Positions 9,065 through 18,711 of a DNA stretch of 64,000 nucleotides are shown here, piece after piece; positions within the stretch are counted from its first letter, which is position 1, and the number at the start of each line of letters is the position of its first letter. The notes beneath the pieces were generated by a model. The model was not told the origin of the DNA. It worked only from the letters and a program-made list of their open reading frames with translations, and ran no database searches. The stretch comes from an uncultured Candidatus Saccharibacteria bacterium (GTDB lineage Bacteria; Patescibacteriota; Saccharimonadia; Saccharimonadales; JAGQNJ01), in contig CAZEED010000001.1 in the NCBI GenBank assembly GCA_964510945.1, forward strand, positions 98,774 to 162,773, read 5' to 3'. A program made the translations under genes and the position numbers.

Positions 9065-12000
9065 CTACAGAGGGTACGTGAAGCTGATACTACTGTATTT
9101 TCCATTTGCCGTTACTGTAGCGGTATAGCTCTTGCCGATTTCTACATCTCTGAGTAGTGATTTACTTGACGTCGAAGAACAACTATTAGGTCCGCTAGTT
9201 TCTTTAAGACAAACTTGGTAGGTTGTGCCAGACGGCAGTGTTGAGCCTGACCACTGAATTTTTACTTTGTCGCTACCTTGGTCGGAAACTGACAGTGAAC
9301 CAACGCTTGATCCGTCAGATGATTCACCGCTAATAGTTGAAGAATCGGTTGCGTCATACAATACGCTATCGATTACTGTTGCTGTCACAGTCCTTGAACC
9401 ATTAAAGTTTGGTTTGTAGTTTTTATATATCACTGTGCCTGGCTTTGTAATAGTGAAAGAACCTCCAGCAATCTGAGAACCGTTAACAGAAAAGGTAACT
9501 TTGCCTTTAAATCTCTCGCTAGACAAAGGATGTGTGCCTTGGCTAATCGTTGCAACTAAATTATAGCTATTAGATCCTTGTTTTTGAACAGACAAGCTAA
9601 TCTTAGGCTTACTGTCGCTACATTTATGTACGTCATCCTGTTGACTCGAACTATTTCCTCCAGCATCGACATAAGTGTCACCCGAGAAACTAGAAGCGTC
9701 GGTTTCGGTAAGAGTTTTCTTAGCTCGCGTTGGTGTACAGCTTGTAGCTATTTTGTTGGATACTATATCAATAGTCTTTTTTGAAGCAGATTTCTTTTTG
9801 TTGTTTTGATACCAACTAGGGAATAGATCTGTTGCTGGGCTTGGCTCTACAGAACCTATACCGACATGTGTTCTAATTACAAAGGCAGGATCTTGTTTTA
9901 CACCCGCTGGTTTTGTCCAATCTTTTGCCTTTTTACCATCGTGAGCTGATTGCATCCATCCTTGCCAAATCGGCTGGGTCATATTCTCCATTGTGCCACT
10001 CATTTCAACTTGTCTAGTGTGATGCCCAACCCACACGCTGGCTGCATATTTAGATGAGTAGCCTGTCATCCACCCGTCTTTTCCGTCGTTAGTCGTTCCG
10101 GTTTTCATGGCAAATTTCCAGCCATTAGGTCCAATCTGAGGTTTTCGTCCAGCTGGGAAGTAACTAGCATTAGGATCAGATAATATGTTGTTAATAATGT
10201 AAGCCGCGTCTGCTTTAACAGCTTGTCTTGATTTACCTTTTTCGTCTCGACTCCAGTCGTATACTGGTTTTGATGTTGAATCTTCAATCTTTAAGATATA
10301 GGTCTGTGGAATCCATTTTCCGTTTCTAGAAAGAGAAGCTTGAGCGTGTACATGTTCGTCGAGTTTAAGAAAAGCTCCATCACCAATCGCTGATGACGCT
10401 CCACATTGGATTTCTTTTGTCAGCGCTTGGTTACCGTAACATTTATAGCCACTCTCTAATCCAAGGTTCTCAGCAGTCTTTATAGTTTTATCAACACCGT
10501 TAATAAGCATTGCTTTTACCGCTGGGACGTTCCTAGAACCACCTAAAGCATAGCGAATTGTTAGTGGTCCCGGATATCGAAAATCGTAATCGTAGAGGCA
10601 GTTACCGCTTCCTCGTGGTGGAGGTAGCCCTTTATTAGTACAATCATAGCCTTCAAGTGGGCCTTGGGTGTCATATAACACTGAGCCAGCCCCAAAATTG
10701 TTCTGGTTATCTATTAGCGATACATAGTCGTATGGTTTAAAGCTTGATCCGGGAGGTAGTTTAGTTTGAGCATAGTTTAGTTGTCCGTATTGCTTATTAG
10801 TAAAATCGTTACCGCCAACTAGTGCTACCATTTGACCTGTTTCTACGTCTTCAGCTGCGATTGCAGCGTTATCTCCACCTTGAGCATAGATTTGACCCAT
10901 ACCTGCGGCAACTTGTTCTTCAGCCTTTTTCTGAAGTCCTAGATCAAGAGAGGTAGTAACTTTCCACCCACCAATGTCGGCAGTTTCTGAAGCAATTTTA
11001 TTCTGGATTTGGTTTTTTGCTGCTAGTACAAACCATGGTGCTTTAATACCAGCAAATTTTGCTTTTCTAGGCTTAACAGTTTTTAGTACATCTACTTTCT
11101 TGGCTTTGTCTCGTTGGGCCGATGTAATCATATTTTGTTCTACCATGAGGTCAAGAATATAGTGTTGTCGATTTAGGAAAGCTTCTTTTTCAAAATCTTG
11201 GCTATACGGTGAATAGTATCTTGGTGACTGTGGAATAGCCGCGAGCATCGCAGATTCTGCAATGGTTAGCTCGTCGGCTGATTTATTAAAGTAATCTCTA
11301 GCTGCGGCTTCAGCCCCATACTCGATTCCACCATAGGGCGCAGTATTTAAATATCCAGCTAATATCTCTTGTTTTGAATAACTTCTCTCTAACTCAACGG
11401 CTAGGATAACTTCTTTTACTTTTCTGCTAACAGTTCTTTCTTGAGTCCAGTTTTGGGTTAACTTAACTAATTGTTGAGTGATAGTTGAACCACCCTGCGT
11501 ACTACCGCCGAAGGCGTTATTCCAAGCGGCTCTAGAAATACCTCTAACATCGAACCCTCCGTGTTTGAAGAAGTCTTTATCTTCTATAGCAACAGTCGCA
11601 TCTTTTAGGTTTTGGGAGATCTTGTCATCTTCTACAGGTATTCTTTTTGCAGCGTCATAATCTTCCCACAGCAGCACTTTACCGCTTCGATCGTAATACT
11701 GAATACTACCGCCTAAATTACTACCAGTAATTGATCGTAAGTCGGGTAGATCTTTACGAAAGTATGCAAACATACCAACCAAAATTAAAAAACCAGCTAT
11801 AAAACCAATACCCATAATTTTTAGGGCCATTATCCCACCTTCACGACTGAACCAGTATTGATAAAGTCTTTTTGGGTGAAGGCGATATACGAATCGCTGT
11901 AGTTTACCTTTAGGCATTCCAGCTAATCGCTCGGCCTTGGACCTTGATTTCTGATCATTTCTAATTTTTAACTTATCAGAGATACTTCGATGAATTTTTA

Positions 12001-12067
12001 CAGTTGCACCACTTCTGGTTGTGAACGTATTTCTTCCGACTCTAGGGCTACGGCGACTTCGTGCCAT
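9065..12067 (-). CDS. Class A penicillin-binding protein (transglycosylase/transpeptidase) with long Ser/Thr-rich C-terminal extension
   Basis: GT51 motifs EDKDFFKHGG and GGSTITQQL; transpeptidase SSFK, SRN, KTGTT; basic N-tail plus one TM; about 250 aa beta-rich C-terminal region. Confidence 0.9.
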   Translation of the reverse strand: MARSRRSPRVGRNTFTTRSGATVKIHRSISDKLKIRNDQKSRSKAERLAGMPKGKLQRFVYRLHPKRLYQYWFSREGGIMALKIMGIGFIAGFLILVGMFAYFRKDLPDLRSITGSNLGGSIQYYDRSGKVLLWEDYDAAKRIPVEDDKISQNLKDATVAIEDKDFFKHGGFDVRGISRAAWNNAFGGSTQGGSTITQQLVKLTQNWTQERTVSRKVKEVILAVELERSYSKQEILAGYLNTAPYGGIEYGAEAAARDYFNKSADELTIAESAMLAAIPQSPRYYSPYSQDFEKEAFLNRQHYILDLMVEQNMITSAQRDKAKKVDVLKTVKPRKAKFAGIKAPWFVLAAKNQIQNKIASETADIGGWKVTTSLDLGLQKKAEEQVAAGMGQIYAQGGDNAAIAAEDVETGQMVALVGGNDFTNKQYGQLNYAQTKLPPGSSFKPYDYVSLIDNQNNFGAGSVLYDTQGPLEGYDCTNKGLPPPRGSGNCLYDYDFRYPGPLTIRYALGGSRNVPAVKAMLINGVDKTIKTAENLGLESGYKCYGNQALTKEIQCGASSAIGDGAFLKLDEHVHAQASLSRNGKWIPQTYILKIEDSTSKPVYDWSRDEKGKSRQAVKADAAYIINNILSDPNASYFPAGRKPQIGPNGWKFAMKTGTTNDGKDGWMTGYSSKYAASVWVGHHTRQVEMSGTMENMTQPIWQGWMQSAHDGKKAKDWTKPAGVKQDPAFVIRTHVGIGSVEPSPATDLFPSWYQNNKKKSASKKTIDIVSNKIATSCTPTRAKKTLTETDASSFSGDTYVDAGGNSSSQQDDVHKCSDSKPKISLSVQKQGSNSYNLVATISQGTHPLSSERFKGKVTFSVNGSQIAGGSFTITKPGTVIYKNYKPNFNGSRTVTATVIDSVLYDATDSSTISGESSDGSSVGSLSVSDQGSDKVKIQWSGSTLPSGTTYQVCLKETSGPNSCSSTSSKSLLRDVEIGKSYTATVTANGKYSSISFTYPL

Positions 12068-12222
12068 TGTATGTATTTCTCCTTGAATTTAACATGATCA
12101 TTATAGCAAATGTTAGTAATATTATCGCTATCTATATGCAAAAGTAGTTGTGTAAAAATATCAGAATAGTAATCAAGTAAGAAAATTTGCATTCGACAAA
12201 AACCTGATATACTTTTGCGTAC

Positions 12223-12993
12223 ATGGCTAAAGAAAACACAAAACATAAGCGTGCTGATCAGTATAATGATCCAAAACATAATTATAAGAAATACTGGGAT
12301 GGCCGCGAATATGAAAATGCCGCTGAAGAGCTTGCAATTAGAAGACTGTTAAAAAACAGATCATTTAAACATGCTGTAGATGTTGGTGGAGGCTATGGTC
12401 GGCTTTGTATATTGCTAGAAGAATTTGCGAAAAAAGTAACCCTTGCAGAACCAAGTAAGCAACAGCTAGATATCGCAAAAGAGTATTTGGCGAATCACAA
12501 ACGGATAGAACGGGAATTAATGCAAGCTGATGACCTAAAGTTTAAAGACGATAGTGTTGATCTAGTAACGATGGTGAGGGTGATGCATCATCTTCCAGAC
12601 CCTTCACTAGAGTTTTCAGAGATTGCCAGAATACTATCTAATGATGGGGTTTTTATATTAGAGATTGCAAACCTAGCACATATACGTAATAGGATTAAAT
12701 ACATGATGAAGGGCAAGAAAATTCCGATTGACCCAGTAGATATACGAAGCCCGAAAAACCGCAATAAGAACGAGATCGAATTTGTTAATCACAATCCAAA
12801 AAAAGTCGCAAAACAACTTGCGCACGCTGGTTTAAAAGTTGATAAAGTTCTGTCTGTTTCTAACCTTCGTAGCCCTGGACTCAAAAAAATTGCACCGATA
12901 AGCGCGATGGTAACTGTTGAAAAGTTTCTTCAGCGTCCGCTTGCAAGAGCGCATTTTGGCCCTAGCGTATTTTTCTTAGTCAAAAAAGCCTAA
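12223..12993 (+). CDS. Class I SAM-dependent methyltransferase
   Basis: Glycine-rich SAM loop VDVGGGYGRL, acidic loop LAEPS, VRVMHHL motif. Confidence 0.7.
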   Translation: MAKENTKHKRADQYNDPKHNYKKYWDGREYENAAEELAIRRLLKNRSFKHAVDVGGGYGRLCILLEEFAKKVTLAEPSKQQLDIAKEYLANHKRIERELMQADDLKFKDDSVDLVTMVRVMHHLPDPSLEFSEIARILSNDGVFILEIANLAHIRNRIKYMMKGKKIPIDPVDIRSPKNRNKNEIEFVNHNPKKVAKQLAHAGLKVDKVLSVSNLRSPGLKKIAPISAMVTVEKFLQRPLARAHFGPSVFFLVKKA

Positions 12994-13033
12994 GTTAAAA
13001 CAAGCCGTTAATTACCGCTATACTATTAGGTAA

Positions 13034-15070
13034 ATGGTGATGATCAAAGAACTATCTGAACTACGTGGAGTTGGGCCTGCTGTCGTAAATAGCCTGAAAT
13101 CTGTGGATATCCGCTCCATAGAAGATTTAATTAATTATTATCCACGGCGGTATGAAGACTATTCTAACTTGTCACTAATAAGCCAGATTAAACCTGGACA
13201 AGTTTCTATCAAAGGTAGGGTGACAAGTATTCATGGTCGGTATGTACGACGAGGCATGCATATTACTGAAGCAGTGATAACAGATAAAACAGGGTCTGTT
13301 CGGATGGTGTGGTTTAACCAGCCTTATCGATCGAACTCGATAAAAACTGATAACGAATATTTTGTTTCTGGTCTGTTTCAGCTAAGCCGGCAAAAAATGA
13401 GCATCATGAATCCTTCGTTAGAATTAGTCACTGATTTTCCCTTAAACACAGCTCGAATAATTCCAATTTATCCTCAATCAAAAACTGTTAAATCTACACA
13501 ACTTAGAAAATATATAAAAGCTGCTTTTGATAGTGATTTTGAAATTTTGGAAGTTTTGCCAAATAAACTAAAAAAGAAATACAAGTTATTGAGTTTAAAA
13601 CAAGCTTTATTCCAACTGCACTTTCCAAGTTCAAAAGAGGATTTAGATACTGCGAAATATACGCTAGGCTTTATAGAGTTATTTGAATTGATTATGGCAA
13701 ATCAGATGACTAAAAACGAGATTGGCAAAATAGCATCTATACCAGTAAATTTTGATGAAAAAGTTGCAAAAAAATTCGTAAAAAATCTTAAATTTACGTT
13801 AACAACTGATCAACGTGTAGTAACCTGGCAGATATTAAAGGATATCGACAGTGAGGTAGCTATGAATCGACTGCTTGAGGGAGACGTGGGTTCTGGTAAA
13901 ACTGTTGTGGCGGCGATGGCAAGTGCAATGGTGATGGCAAGAGATCTACAAGTTTTAGTCCTAGCTCCAACTGAGATTCTAGCCAGACAGCACGCGATAA
14001 CTTTTTCAGAGCTCCTAAGTCCACTTGATTTAGATAAGCAGGTGACATTGCTGGTAGGTAGTATGAACAAAAGCCAAAAACAAAATGCATATGAATCAAT
14101 TAAATCCGGTCAGTCGAAGTTAGTAGTCGGAACGCACGCAATATTACAAGAGAGCCTCGATGTCCACTCGCTTGGCTTGATTGTTGTTGATGAGCAACAT
14201 CGGTTTGGTGTCGAACAAAGAAAAGCCTTACTTAAAAAAGCTGGCCATATGCCGCACATGTTAAGCATGACTGCTACACCAATACCTAGGAGTTTAGCTC
14301 TAACCGTTTACGGTGATCTCGAGATCAGTATCTTAAAAACCAAGCCTATTAATCGCAAACCCATTGATACGCAGATGGTACTTGAAAATGAAAGAACTAA
14401 GATATATGAGAGTTTAAAAACAAACATAGAGAATAATGAACAAATATTTGTTGTTTGTCCTATAATTGACGATTCTGAAGTAATTAAAGCCAGATCTGTT
14501 AATGAAGTCTATAATGATTTAGCCAATAATATTTTTACTAATAATATTGTTGCTTTGTTACATGGTCGTTTGTCGTCAGATGACAAACAAAAAATAATGC
14601 AAGATTTTGTAGCTGGCAAGATCGATGTCCTAGTGTCGACAACTGTTATTGAAGTTGGGGTAGATGTGCCTAATGCTACGATAATGTGTATAGAGTCGCC
14701 AGAGCGCTTTGGGCTAGCTCAGATCCATCAGTTACGCGGAAGGATCGGCAGAGGGGATAAGAGCGGAACATGTTATATGATGCTCAATAGTAACGAGAAC
14801 CCATCTAGAAGGCTCAGAGCGGTGTTATCTAGCAATGATGGATTCAAGCTGGCTGAGCTTGATCTAGAGCTCCGTGGACCAGGGGCAATATATGGTGAGT
14901 CTCAGCATGGAGAATTAGATCTTAGGATGGTTAACTTAACTGATACGAATCTTATAAAAAATGCCCGAAAAGCCGCTTTAGAGTTATTAGACGAAGACCC
15001 CAACCTGCTACAATATAGTGGACTAAAAAAGCGGATAGAAAATCTACAAAAAATAACACATCTAAACTAA
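13034..15070 (+). CDS. recG: ATP-dependent DNA helicase RecG
   Basis: 678 aa; OB/wedge N-terminus; helicase motifs GDVGSGKT, VVDEQHRFGV, SMTATPIPRS, QLRGRIGRG. Confidence 0.92.
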   Translation: MVMIKELSELRGVGPAVVNSLKSVDIRSIEDLINYYPRRYEDYSNLSLISQIKPGQVSIKGRVTSIHGRYVRRGMHITEAVITDKTGSVRMVWFNQPYRSNSIKTDNEYFVSGLFQLSRQKMSIMNPSLELVTDFPLNTARIIPIYPQSKTVKSTQLRKYIKAAFDSDFEILEVLPNKLKKKYKLLSLKQALFQLHFPSSKEDLDTAKYTLGFIELFELIMANQMTKNEIGKIASIPVNFDEKVAKKFVKNLKFTLTTDQRVVTWQILKDIDSEVAMNRLLEGDVGSGKTVVAAMASAMVMARDLQVLVLAPTEILARQHAITFSELLSPLDLDKQVTLLVGSMNKSQKQNAYESIKSGQSKLVVGTHAILQESLDVHSLGLIVVDEQHRFGVEQRKALLKKAGHMPHMLSMTATPIPRSLALTVYGDLEISILKTKPINRKPIDTQMVLENERTKIYESLKTNIENNEQIFVVCPIIDDSEVIKARSVNEVYNDLANNIFTNNIVALLHGRLSSDDKQKIMQDFVAGKIDVLVSTTVIEVGVDVPNATIMCIESPERFGLAQIHQLRGRIGRGDKSGTCYMMLNSNENPSRRLRAVLSSNDGFKLAELDLELRGPGAIYGESQHGELDLRMVNLTDTNLIKNARKAALELLDEDPNLLQYSGLKKRIENLQKITHLN

Positions 15071-15082
15071 ACAAGGACAATC

Positions 15083-15898
15083 ATGTATTCAGGCTCGACA
15101 CTTACACCATTTTCAGGACGAATTTTAGGTGCGCACCAAAAACTCGATAGGGTTGCTAGAAATAATTTAGACAAAATAACTCAGAATAAGGATGATTTTC
15201 CGGCATCGAAAAAAATCCTTCATTTTGAAGGTAAGAAAGGGCCTGATGCCATAAAGCGAAAAAGTCCTTCCAAAGATGAACCTTGGCATTATTATAGTCC
15301 GTTTGACGATAAAGACTCTCAACTTTTAGATTTAATCGACGACCATTACAAAAAGCTGGTTAACGAGCTAAAGTCTAATAACCAAGAGCGAATAGCTTTT
15401 GAAGCCGCTTGGCTTGCTCATGCAATAACTGACGGTTTAACGCCAGCTCATCACTATCCATACGAGGAAAAGGTTGAAGAATTATGGGAAGGTAGCAAAG
15501 ATCAACGAACGACTCTTAGTAAGAAATGGTTTCCGCCTGCAGATACAAAGCGTGGACGAATTAAAAAAACATGGAAGTATCTTGGCCCAAAGGGTTTAAT
15601 GAGTACTCATGGGTTATTTGAATTTGGGATTGCCACAATTATCGCACCCTTATCAATGAAAGAATCTGTTCCAACTCAAGAAGATATTGTTAACGCACGA
15701 AAAATTGGCCATATTGAAACATTCAAGCATTCGGCAAGAGAAATTGCCGTTCTTGATATGTACGAAAGATTTATGAAAAAAGGTTGGTCGCCAAAGTTGG
15801 TTGTCAATGTTCGAAATAAGTTAGGCCCGACTATTGCAAAAACTATCACACTTATTTGGTTTTTAGCCGTTAGTGAAGCAAAAAATGATAAAGCATAA
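15083..15898 (+). CDS. Hypothetical protein (His-rich, possibly zinc phospholipase C/P1-nuclease-like fold)
   Basis: 271-aa ORF; AAWLAHAITDGLTPAHH segment; assignment tentative. Confidence 0.45.
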   Translation: MYSGSTLTPFSGRILGAHQKLDRVARNNLDKITQNKDDFPASKKILHFEGKKGPDAIKRKSPSKDEPWHYYSPFDDKDSQLLDLIDDHYKKLVNELKSNNQERIAFEAAWLAHAITDGLTPAHHYPYEEKVEELWEGSKDQRTTLSKKWFPPADTKRGRIKKTWKYLGPKGLMSTHGLFEFGIATIIAPLSMKESVPTQEDIVNARKIGHIETFKHSAREIAVLDMYERFMKKGWSPKLVVNVRNKLGPTIAKTITLIWFLAVSEAKNDKA

Positions 15899-15903
15899 TT
15901 AGC

Positions 15904-16437
15904 ATGAGAGTAATTGCCGGATTTTTAAAAGGACAGCAAATCATAGCACCCTCAGGCCATAGAACACATCCTATGAGCGAAAAGGTTAGGGGTGGCCTGT
16001 TTAACGTTTTAGGAGATTTAAGCGGGCTTGATATTCTGGACGCGTTTGCAGGTAGTGGAGCGTTGAGTATTGAAGCGATTAGTCGAGGCGCTAACGGTGT
16101 TGTTGCCATCGATATAGACAAAAAAGCCAATACTGTTTTAAAACAAAATATCAAAGCTCTGAAAATTCCTGATCGAATAAAGCCTATTAATGCTAACGCC
16201 AGCGGTTGGTCAGACAATAATCCAGATGCTCAGTTTGACATTGTAATAGCTGCGCCACCGTATGATGGGATAAAAATGCAGATGTTAGTTAAACTAGTAC
16301 AACATGTTAAATCTGGGGGATTGTATATTCTTGACTGGCCGGGAAAAATGGAAATTCCTGACTTTGATTCTTTATCTCAACTTAGAGTAAAAAACTATGG
16401 CGACGCACAACTGGTCTTTTATAAAAAAACAGGGTAA
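15904..16437 (+). CDS. rsmD: 16S rRNA (guanine-N2)-methyltransferase RsmD family
   Basis: 177 aa; DAFAGSGALSIEAISRGA SAM site and AAPPY catalytic motif. Confidence 0.8.
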   Translation: MRVIAGFLKGQQIIAPSGHRTHPMSEKVRGGLFNVLGDLSGLDILDAFAGSGALSIEAISRGANGVVAIDIDKKANTVLKQNIKALKIPDRIKPINANASGWSDNNPDAQFDIVIAAPPYDGIKMQMLVKLVQHVKSGGLYILDWPGKMEIPDFDSLSQLRVKNYGDAQLVFYKKTG

Positions 16438-16461
16438 AATCTTACAGTATTCATTGCTCAA

Positions 16462-16546
16462 GCCGGAGTGGTGGAATTGGTAGACACGCTAGTCTTAGGA
16501 ACTAGTGCCGCAAGGCGTGAAGGTTCGAGTCCTTTCTCCGGCACCA
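16462..16546 (+). tRNA. tRNA-Leu (anticodon TAG), long variable arm, CCA encoded
   Basis: GCCGGAG/CTCCGGC acceptor, anticodon loop CTTAGGA, variable arm GCCGCAAGGCGT, T-loop TTCGAGT, 3' ACCA. Confidence 0.92.
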
Positions 16547-16565
16547 AATATCAGGGATTTATATT

Positions 16566-16811
16566 ATGCAGCCAGAATTATCGAAAAATTACGTAGAAGT
16601 GCCTCTTGGGGATGGAACTGTAGAGCGCAACAGTCCGCTATATGTGGGGGCTATGATAGATGGCGGACAAGCTAGTCTGTCGATCAGAGGTGACATAAGT
16701 TTCAGAAATCTGGTCGGAGAACAAGCACATGAAGAGTATATTGGATATCTTAACCCATCTCAGCGAGTAACTCTTCGAGAAAGGTTACTGGGGAAGCTAG
16801 GTATAGTGTAG
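16566..16811 (+). CDS. Hypothetical protein
   Basis: 81-aa ORF only; no recognisable motif. Confidence 0.35.
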   Translation: MQPELSKNYVEVPLGDGTVERNSPLYVGAMIDGGQASLSIRGDISFRNLVGEQAHEEYIGYLNPSQRVTLRERLLGKLGIV

Positions 16812-16840
16812 TTGCGTAGCATTGCCTAGTATGTTATAAT
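16812..16840 (+). promoter_or_regulatory. Promoter TTGCGT-17 nt-TATAAT driving the hisS leader
   Basis: TTGCGT 16812-16817, 17-nt spacer, consensus TATAAT 16835-16840. Confidence 0.55.
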
Positions 16841-16935
16841 AATATTGTAATGAATATAATTTACATTAACCAAAATCATGTACATCTGTTGCCGGAGCTG
16901 ATCGGTTAGTTTACTATTTTCCTAAAAAACATACA

Positions 16936-16961
16936 AACGCCGGATCTCCCCGGCGTTTTTT
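16936..16961 (+). terminator. Intrinsic terminator in the hisS leader
   Basis: AACGCCGG-ATCTCC-CCGGCGTT followed by T-run, 18 nt before the hisS ORF. Confidence 0.75.
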
Positions 16962-16978
16962 CTTTTAAAAGATAACAA

Positions 16979-18235
16979 ATGTATAATAGAGGAAATATGA
17001 AACTTTCAACACAACCATATAAAGGAACACGAGATTTTTACCCCGATGATATGCGCATTCGCAAATGGATGTTCGATAAGTGGCGCAAGGCCTGTGAATC
17101 GTTTGGTTACGAGGAATACGATGGCCCAATTTTGGAGCCACTTGAGCTTTACGCCGCTAAAACAAGTGACGAAATTGTAAACGAGCAAACTTATGCCTTT
17201 ACCGATAGAGGTGAGCGTAAGGTGGTCATGCGCCCAGAAATGACGCCGACCGTAAGTAGGATGGTCGCGGGACGCCGCCAGGAGCTTACTTATCCGTTGC
17301 GAATGTTTAGTATACCCAACTGCTTTCGATATGAGCGGCCACAAAAAGGTCGTTTACGCGAGTTTTGGCAGCTGAATGCCGATATTTTCGGTGTTGTTGG
17401 CACTGAAGCTGATATTGAAGTAATTATGCTTGCCGATGAAATCATGAAATTATTTGGCGCTAAGCCTGAGCAATATGAGATACAAATAAGTAGTCGAAAA
17501 ATAGTCCAAGATATTTTTGACGAATTAAATCTTTTGGACTATCAAAGAAAAGATATAGTTACACTGATAGATAAAAAAGAAAAAGTCGATAAACAAGAAT
17601 GGGAGAATCTATTCTATGAAGTACTTGAGAAAAATACTGCTGACAAAATATTAGAATTTTTACGTGAAGACGAAACGCCAGAAAATGCAAATAAAGTTAT
17701 ACAAGAGCTAAAGCGACGTAGCATCAAAAATGTTGTTTTTAATAGGTATCTAACCAGAGGATTTGAGTACTACACGGACATTGTGTTTGAGGTGTTCGAT
17801 ACCAACCCAGACAATAATCGCTCAATGTTTGGTGGTGGTCGCTATGATGTATTAGTGGGTGCATTTGGCGTAGAACCGGTACCAACTGTAGGTTTTGGAA
17901 TGGGCGACGCAACCTTTCAGAACTTTTTGGAGAGCAATAACTTAATCCCAGAATTGAACACACAAACTGATATCTATATTGCTACTATTGGCGATGCGGT
18001 TTTTGGTGCACAAGATGTCGCCCAAGAACTTCGAAGCAAGGGCTTAAATGTTGCGATTGATCTTTCGGGTAAAAAACTAGAAAAACAAATCAAAACTGCT
18101 GACAAAAAGGGCATAAAAAACGTACTTTTTGTGGGTGAAGAAGAACTAAAAACGGATAAGTACAAGCTAAAAAACCTAGATACCGGTGATGAACAGAATC
18201 TTTCAGTGAATGAAATAGATGAAAAGCTAAATTAA
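16979..18235 (+). CDS. hisS: Histidine--tRNA ligase
   Basis: Class II aaRS motifs: GTRDF, MRPEMTP, FRYERPQKGRLREFWQ, GGGRYD; anticodon-binding C-domain. True start may be ATG 16997. Confidence 0.92.
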   Translation: MYNRGNMKLSTQPYKGTRDFYPDDMRIRKWMFDKWRKACESFGYEEYDGPILEPLELYAAKTSDEIVNEQTYAFTDRGERKVVMRPEMTPTVSRMVAGRRQELTYPLRMFSIPNCFRYERPQKGRLREFWQLNADIFGVVGTEADIEVIMLADEIMKLFGAKPEQYEIQISSRKIVQDIFDELNLLDYQRKDIVTLIDKKEKVDKQEWENLFYEVLEKNTADKILEFLREDETPENANKVIQELKRRSIKNVVFNRYLTRGFEYYTDIVFEVFDTNPDNNRSMFGGGRYDVLVGAFGVEPVPTVGFGMGDATFQNFLESNNLIPELNTQTDIYIATIGDAVFGAQDVAQELRSKGLNVAIDLSGKKLEKQIKTADKKGIKNVLFVGEEELKTDKYKLKNLDTGDEQNLSVNEIDEKLN

Positions 18236-18691
18236 ATGCGAGCGATAAATCATGCGTTAACTGGGTCGATTATTGGATTTATTATTGTGAGTCCAATTGC
18301 TATTCCAATAGCTTTTGCTTCGCATTTTGTTCTCGATAGTTTGCCTCATTATGGAGACAGAAGTAGATCCGAGGTGGAAATTCACAACAGTAAGGAATTT
18401 AAAGTATTGCTCGTAATCGACGCAATTTTGTGCGGGCTACTCGTGATTGTACTTGGTATTAGCGGTGCAGATAACTGGCAATTAGCGGGTCTGTGTGCGT
18501 TTGCAGCTGCATCGCCAGACTTGTTTTCTATTCCACGATTTAAACGGTCAATAACTGAAAAGAAGGAATACGTCGGTAATGCATTTCAGAGATTCCACAA
18601 AAAGATCCAATGGGGCGAAAAACCTTGGGGTAAGTACGTTGAAATTTTTTGGTTTAGTGCCTCAGTTGTAATACTGGCAATAATTATCTGA
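18236..18691 (+). CDS. Small integral membrane protein (possibly YdjM/DUF457-like)
   Basis: 151 aa, 4 predicted hydrophobic segments, His residues near helix ends; TAAATG junction with hisS. Confidence 0.45.
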   Translation: MRAINHALTGSIIGFIIVSPIAIPIAFASHFVLDSLPHYGDRSRSEVEIHNSKEFKVLLVIDAILCGLLVIVLGISGADNWQLAGLCAFAAASPDLFSIPRFKRSITEKKEYVGNAFQRFHKKIQWGEKPWGKYVEIFWFSASVVILAIII

Positions 18692-18711
18692 ATCTGTTAA
18701 TATAGCAAACC

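Noticed and set aside
16847-16961. T-box riboswitch upstream of hisS
   Set aside because: The leader is only about 115 nt. I find no T-box consensus (AANNNGGGTGGTACCGCG-like) or recognisable specifier-loop architecture. It is kept only as a generic attenuator candidate.
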